Below, one piece after another: positions 44,595 to 46,874 of a DNA stretch of 46,874 bases (within the stretch, counting starts at the first letter, position 1; each line of letters begins with the position of its first letter). The position numbers and the translations under genes were made by a program. The stretch comes from Bacteroidota bacterium (GTDB lineage: Bacteria; Bacteroidota; Bacteroidia; Flavobacteriales; Flavobacteriaceae), in the NCBI GenBank assembly GCA_040385945.1, contig JAZKGN010000106.1, positions 1 to 46,874 on the forward strand, written 5' to 3'. The notes under the pieces were generated by a model. That model was not told where the DNA came from, made no database searches, and saw only the letters and a program-made list of their open reading frames with translations.

Positions 44595-45128
44595 TTACGA
44601 TTTTTTAGTCGCGGTTTTTTTTGTTTTCGATTTCTTAGCCGCTATTGGCTTAGGATCTGGAACAAATTTAGTCAATATTTGATCGGCACTTGCCAACCAA
44701 GCACTTGGTCCGCCAGCAAGGTAACCCGACTTTCCAATTTGTTCAAAATTAGATTTTCCATCAGCCGTAATAGTTGGTTTTACAAACCAAACTGTTGGAT
44801 ACCCTTGAACTGCAAATAGTTGTTGCATTTCATTATTTTGTAATTTGATTTCGTTTGATTGTGGCGTTCTTCTAGGGAAATCAAGTTCAACCAAAACGGC
44901 TTTTTCTTTTGCCCATTTTGCAAATTCTGGTGTTTTAAACACTTCGTTTTGCAAACGGATACACCAGCCGCACCAGTCACTTCCAGTGAAAAACAAAAAC
45001 AATGGTTTTTGTTCTTGTCGTGCAATTTCAGATGCTTTCTTTAAATCGGTATGCCAAGTTAATTCTTCTTGCGCTTGTGCTGTTACTCCGGCAACAACTA
45101 ACAATAGGGTAATAAATATCTTTTTCAT
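44595..45128 (-). CDS. Periplasmic thioredoxin-family (thiol-disulfide interchange) protein
   Basis: Signal peptide AQA|Q; FTGSDWCGWC (CxxC), VELDFPR, cis-Pro VQGYPT. Confidence 0.9.
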   Translation of the reverse strand: MKKIFITLLLVVAGVTAQAQEELTWHTDLKKASEIARQEQKPLFLFFTGSDWCGWCIRLQNEVFKTPEFAKWAKEKAVLVELDFPRRTPQSNEIKLQNNEMQQLFAVQGYPTVWFVKPTITADGKSNFEQIGKSGYLAGGPSAWLASADQILTKFVPDPKPIAAKKSKTKKTATKKS

Positions 45129-45197
45129 TTTTTTTAATTTACATTCTGCTTTTCAAAAATAGTGCCGAAATTTAAGTAATTTATTTTACTTCTTATA

Positions 45198-46856
45198 TTA
45201 ATTGATTCCTTTTTCTTTCATTATTTTATTTAGATTTTTTACTAAGGCAAACATGAGCACAGTAGCAAATAATAACAATCCGAAATTCACCCAAAAGAAA
45301 TCGGCTTTATCTTCATATGTATCCCATAAACTTGCTAAAACACCGCTCAATTTATTTCCAATGGAAGTCGATAAAAACCAGCCTCCCATCATCAATGCCG
45401 TGATATTTTTTGGAGATAATTTAGATACGATGGACAATCCCATCGGACTGAGGAATAGCTCTCCAATGGTTATGATTCCGTAATTCGCAACCAGCCACCA
45501 AACCGATACTTTTTCTGTTCCGTTGTTTCCAATATGAACTGCGGCCACCATTACCAAAACAGACAAAGCAGATATCAATAATCCGAAAGCAATTTTTGTA
45601 GGTGTAGATGGTTCTTTTTTTCTTCCTCTTAAAAAGGTAAAAAAGGCAACTATCAAAGGTGTCAAAATAATTACCCAACCTGGATTTATCGATTGACTCA
45701 AATTGGTTGCCCAAAGTGTAACCGTCTCCCCTTCTTGTGGTAGTTTTTCTTTTTCAACATTTCTAAAATAGACAGGATAGTTGACTTCTTTTTTTACGAC
45801 ACCATTTTCTTTTTGCAATCGGAAACTTGCGTCATATAATTCGGTGGAGTCTTTTTTAAATTCAACATCTTTAGCCAATTTTAAACTGCTAAAAACGGCT
45901 TGTGTATTTCCTGTAATTTCCCTATCGGTATACCGATCTGCCCATGTATTTAATGCAGAACCATTCAATTTGAATACAGCCCAAAATAAAATAACTACTG
46001 AAAATATGGCAAGCAAAGCTCCAATTGGACGCTTATCTTCTACTTTGGCTTTAGCATACAAACTTCCGTAAAAGAAAATCACTGGAATACATGCAAATAT
46101 AAACGCATCGGTACTATCTGAACCAAAAATATAACTATTCGGATTCGCATCTGATTGCACTCCTTTTAACAACCAACCAATAACTCCAAAAATAACTGAT
46201 GGCAAAAGAATGAACAATACAATTTTGTAAAATGGCATATCGCCTTCTTGCGTTCCTTTCTTAGCTGTTTTGTCTCCGTAATGTTTTGTTCCTAATAAAA
46301 AGACAACCACGCCGATAATCATTCCTACTCCAGCTGCCATAAAAGCATACTGCCAGCCTAAAAGGATTTGCAACGCGGCTCCAAAGAAATTACAAATAAA
46401 AGCACCAATGTTAATTCCCATATAGAAAATATTGTAGCCTTCATCTTTCTTTTCTTTGTACTCTTCATCGTTATAGAAATTACCTAATAGGGTTGATATA
46501 TTAGGTTTGAAAAATCCGTTTCCAACAATAACCAAAGTCATGGCTACATACAACATTGGCAAACTGTGAATTCCCATCATAAAGTAACCTGCTCCCATCA
46601 TCAATCCTCCAATAACAATTGATTTTCGATAACCCAAATACCTATCGGCAACCAAACCTCCAATAAAAGGCGTTAAGAAAACCAAGGCGATAAAAGTCCC
46701 ATACAAATCGGAAGCTTCTTTCTCGGTCATTGCAAAACCAGCTTCAACATCTTTAAGATATAAGGTAAAAATACCAATCATTAAATAGTATCCAAAACGT
46801 TCCCACATTTCAGACAAAAACAAATAAGGCAGTGCTTTAGGATGACTTTTCCACAT
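45198..46856 (-). CDS. POT/PTR family proton-dependent oligopeptide transporter (MFS)
   Basis: EMWERFGYY (ExxERF), GGLVADRYLG, GNGFFKPN, FYMGINIG, QSINP, GELFLSP.GLS. Confidence 0.95.
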   Translation of the reverse strand: MWKSHPKALPYLFLSEMWERFGYYLMIGIFTLYLKDVEAGFAMTEKEASDLYGTFIALVFLTPFIGGLVADRYLGYRKSIVIGGLMMGAGYFMMGIHSLPMLYVAMTLVIVGNGFFKPNISTLLGNFYNDEEYKEKKDEGYNIFYMGINIGAFICNFFGAALQILLGWQYAFMAAGVGMIIGVVVFLLGTKHYGDKTAKKGTQEGDMPFYKIVLFILLPSVIFGVIGWLLKGVQSDANPNSYIFGSDSTDAFIFACIPVIFFYGSLYAKAKVEDKRPIGALLAIFSVVILFWAVFKLNGSALNTWADRYTDREITGNTQAVFSSLKLAKDVEFKKDSTELYDASFRLQKENGVVKKEVNYPVYFRNVEKEKLPQEGETVTLWATNLSQSINPGWVIILTPLIVAFFTFLRGRKKEPSTPTKIAFGLLISALSVLVMVAAVHIGNNGTEKVSVWWLVANYGIITIGELFLSPMGLSIVSKLSPKNITALMMGGWFLSTSIGNKLSGVLASLWDTYEDKADFFWVNFGLLLFATVLMFALVKNLNKIMKEKGIN

Positions 46857-46874
46857 AATTTTTAGATTTAAAAA

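Overview
Low-GC chromosomal window from a Bacteroidota organism, very likely Flavobacterium or a close relative. Evidence: TAnnTTTG -7 promoter boxes, porT, T9SS C-terminal sorting domains, a TamL-like lipoprotein and Gln-starting mature secreted proteins. It is mostly housekeeping: a partial GH20 hexosaminidase, membrane pyrophosphatase hppA, alkA-like glycosylase, pdhB, etfBA, thyA, folA, menG/ubiE, porT, trmH-like methylase, tamL, fbaA, accD, purH, mreBCD-mrdA-rodA, prc, surE, lpxB, comEC and a POT transporter. I see no rRNA, tRNA, CRISPR array, transposase or prophage. The best candidate for an undescribed system is a two-gene cassette between thyA and folA (16227-19135). It encodes a tiny T9SS cargo with only about 55-60 aa between signal peptide and CTD, followed 5 bp later by an 808-aa signal-peptide protein built like a trimeric phage tail fibre with no CTD of its own. 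That protein has 38-aa repeats, a hydrophobic CxxC hairpin and a peptidase-G2-like autocleaving chaperone. Secondary points: a Cys-rich C-terminal extension on HppA, a covarying TAGCCC...GCWGG intergenic element in three copies, a second GTCATTGCGAG REP-like motif nested in or next to it, and short tandem/inverted 7-8-nt repeat spacers. All product calls come from motif recognition by eye, not database searches.
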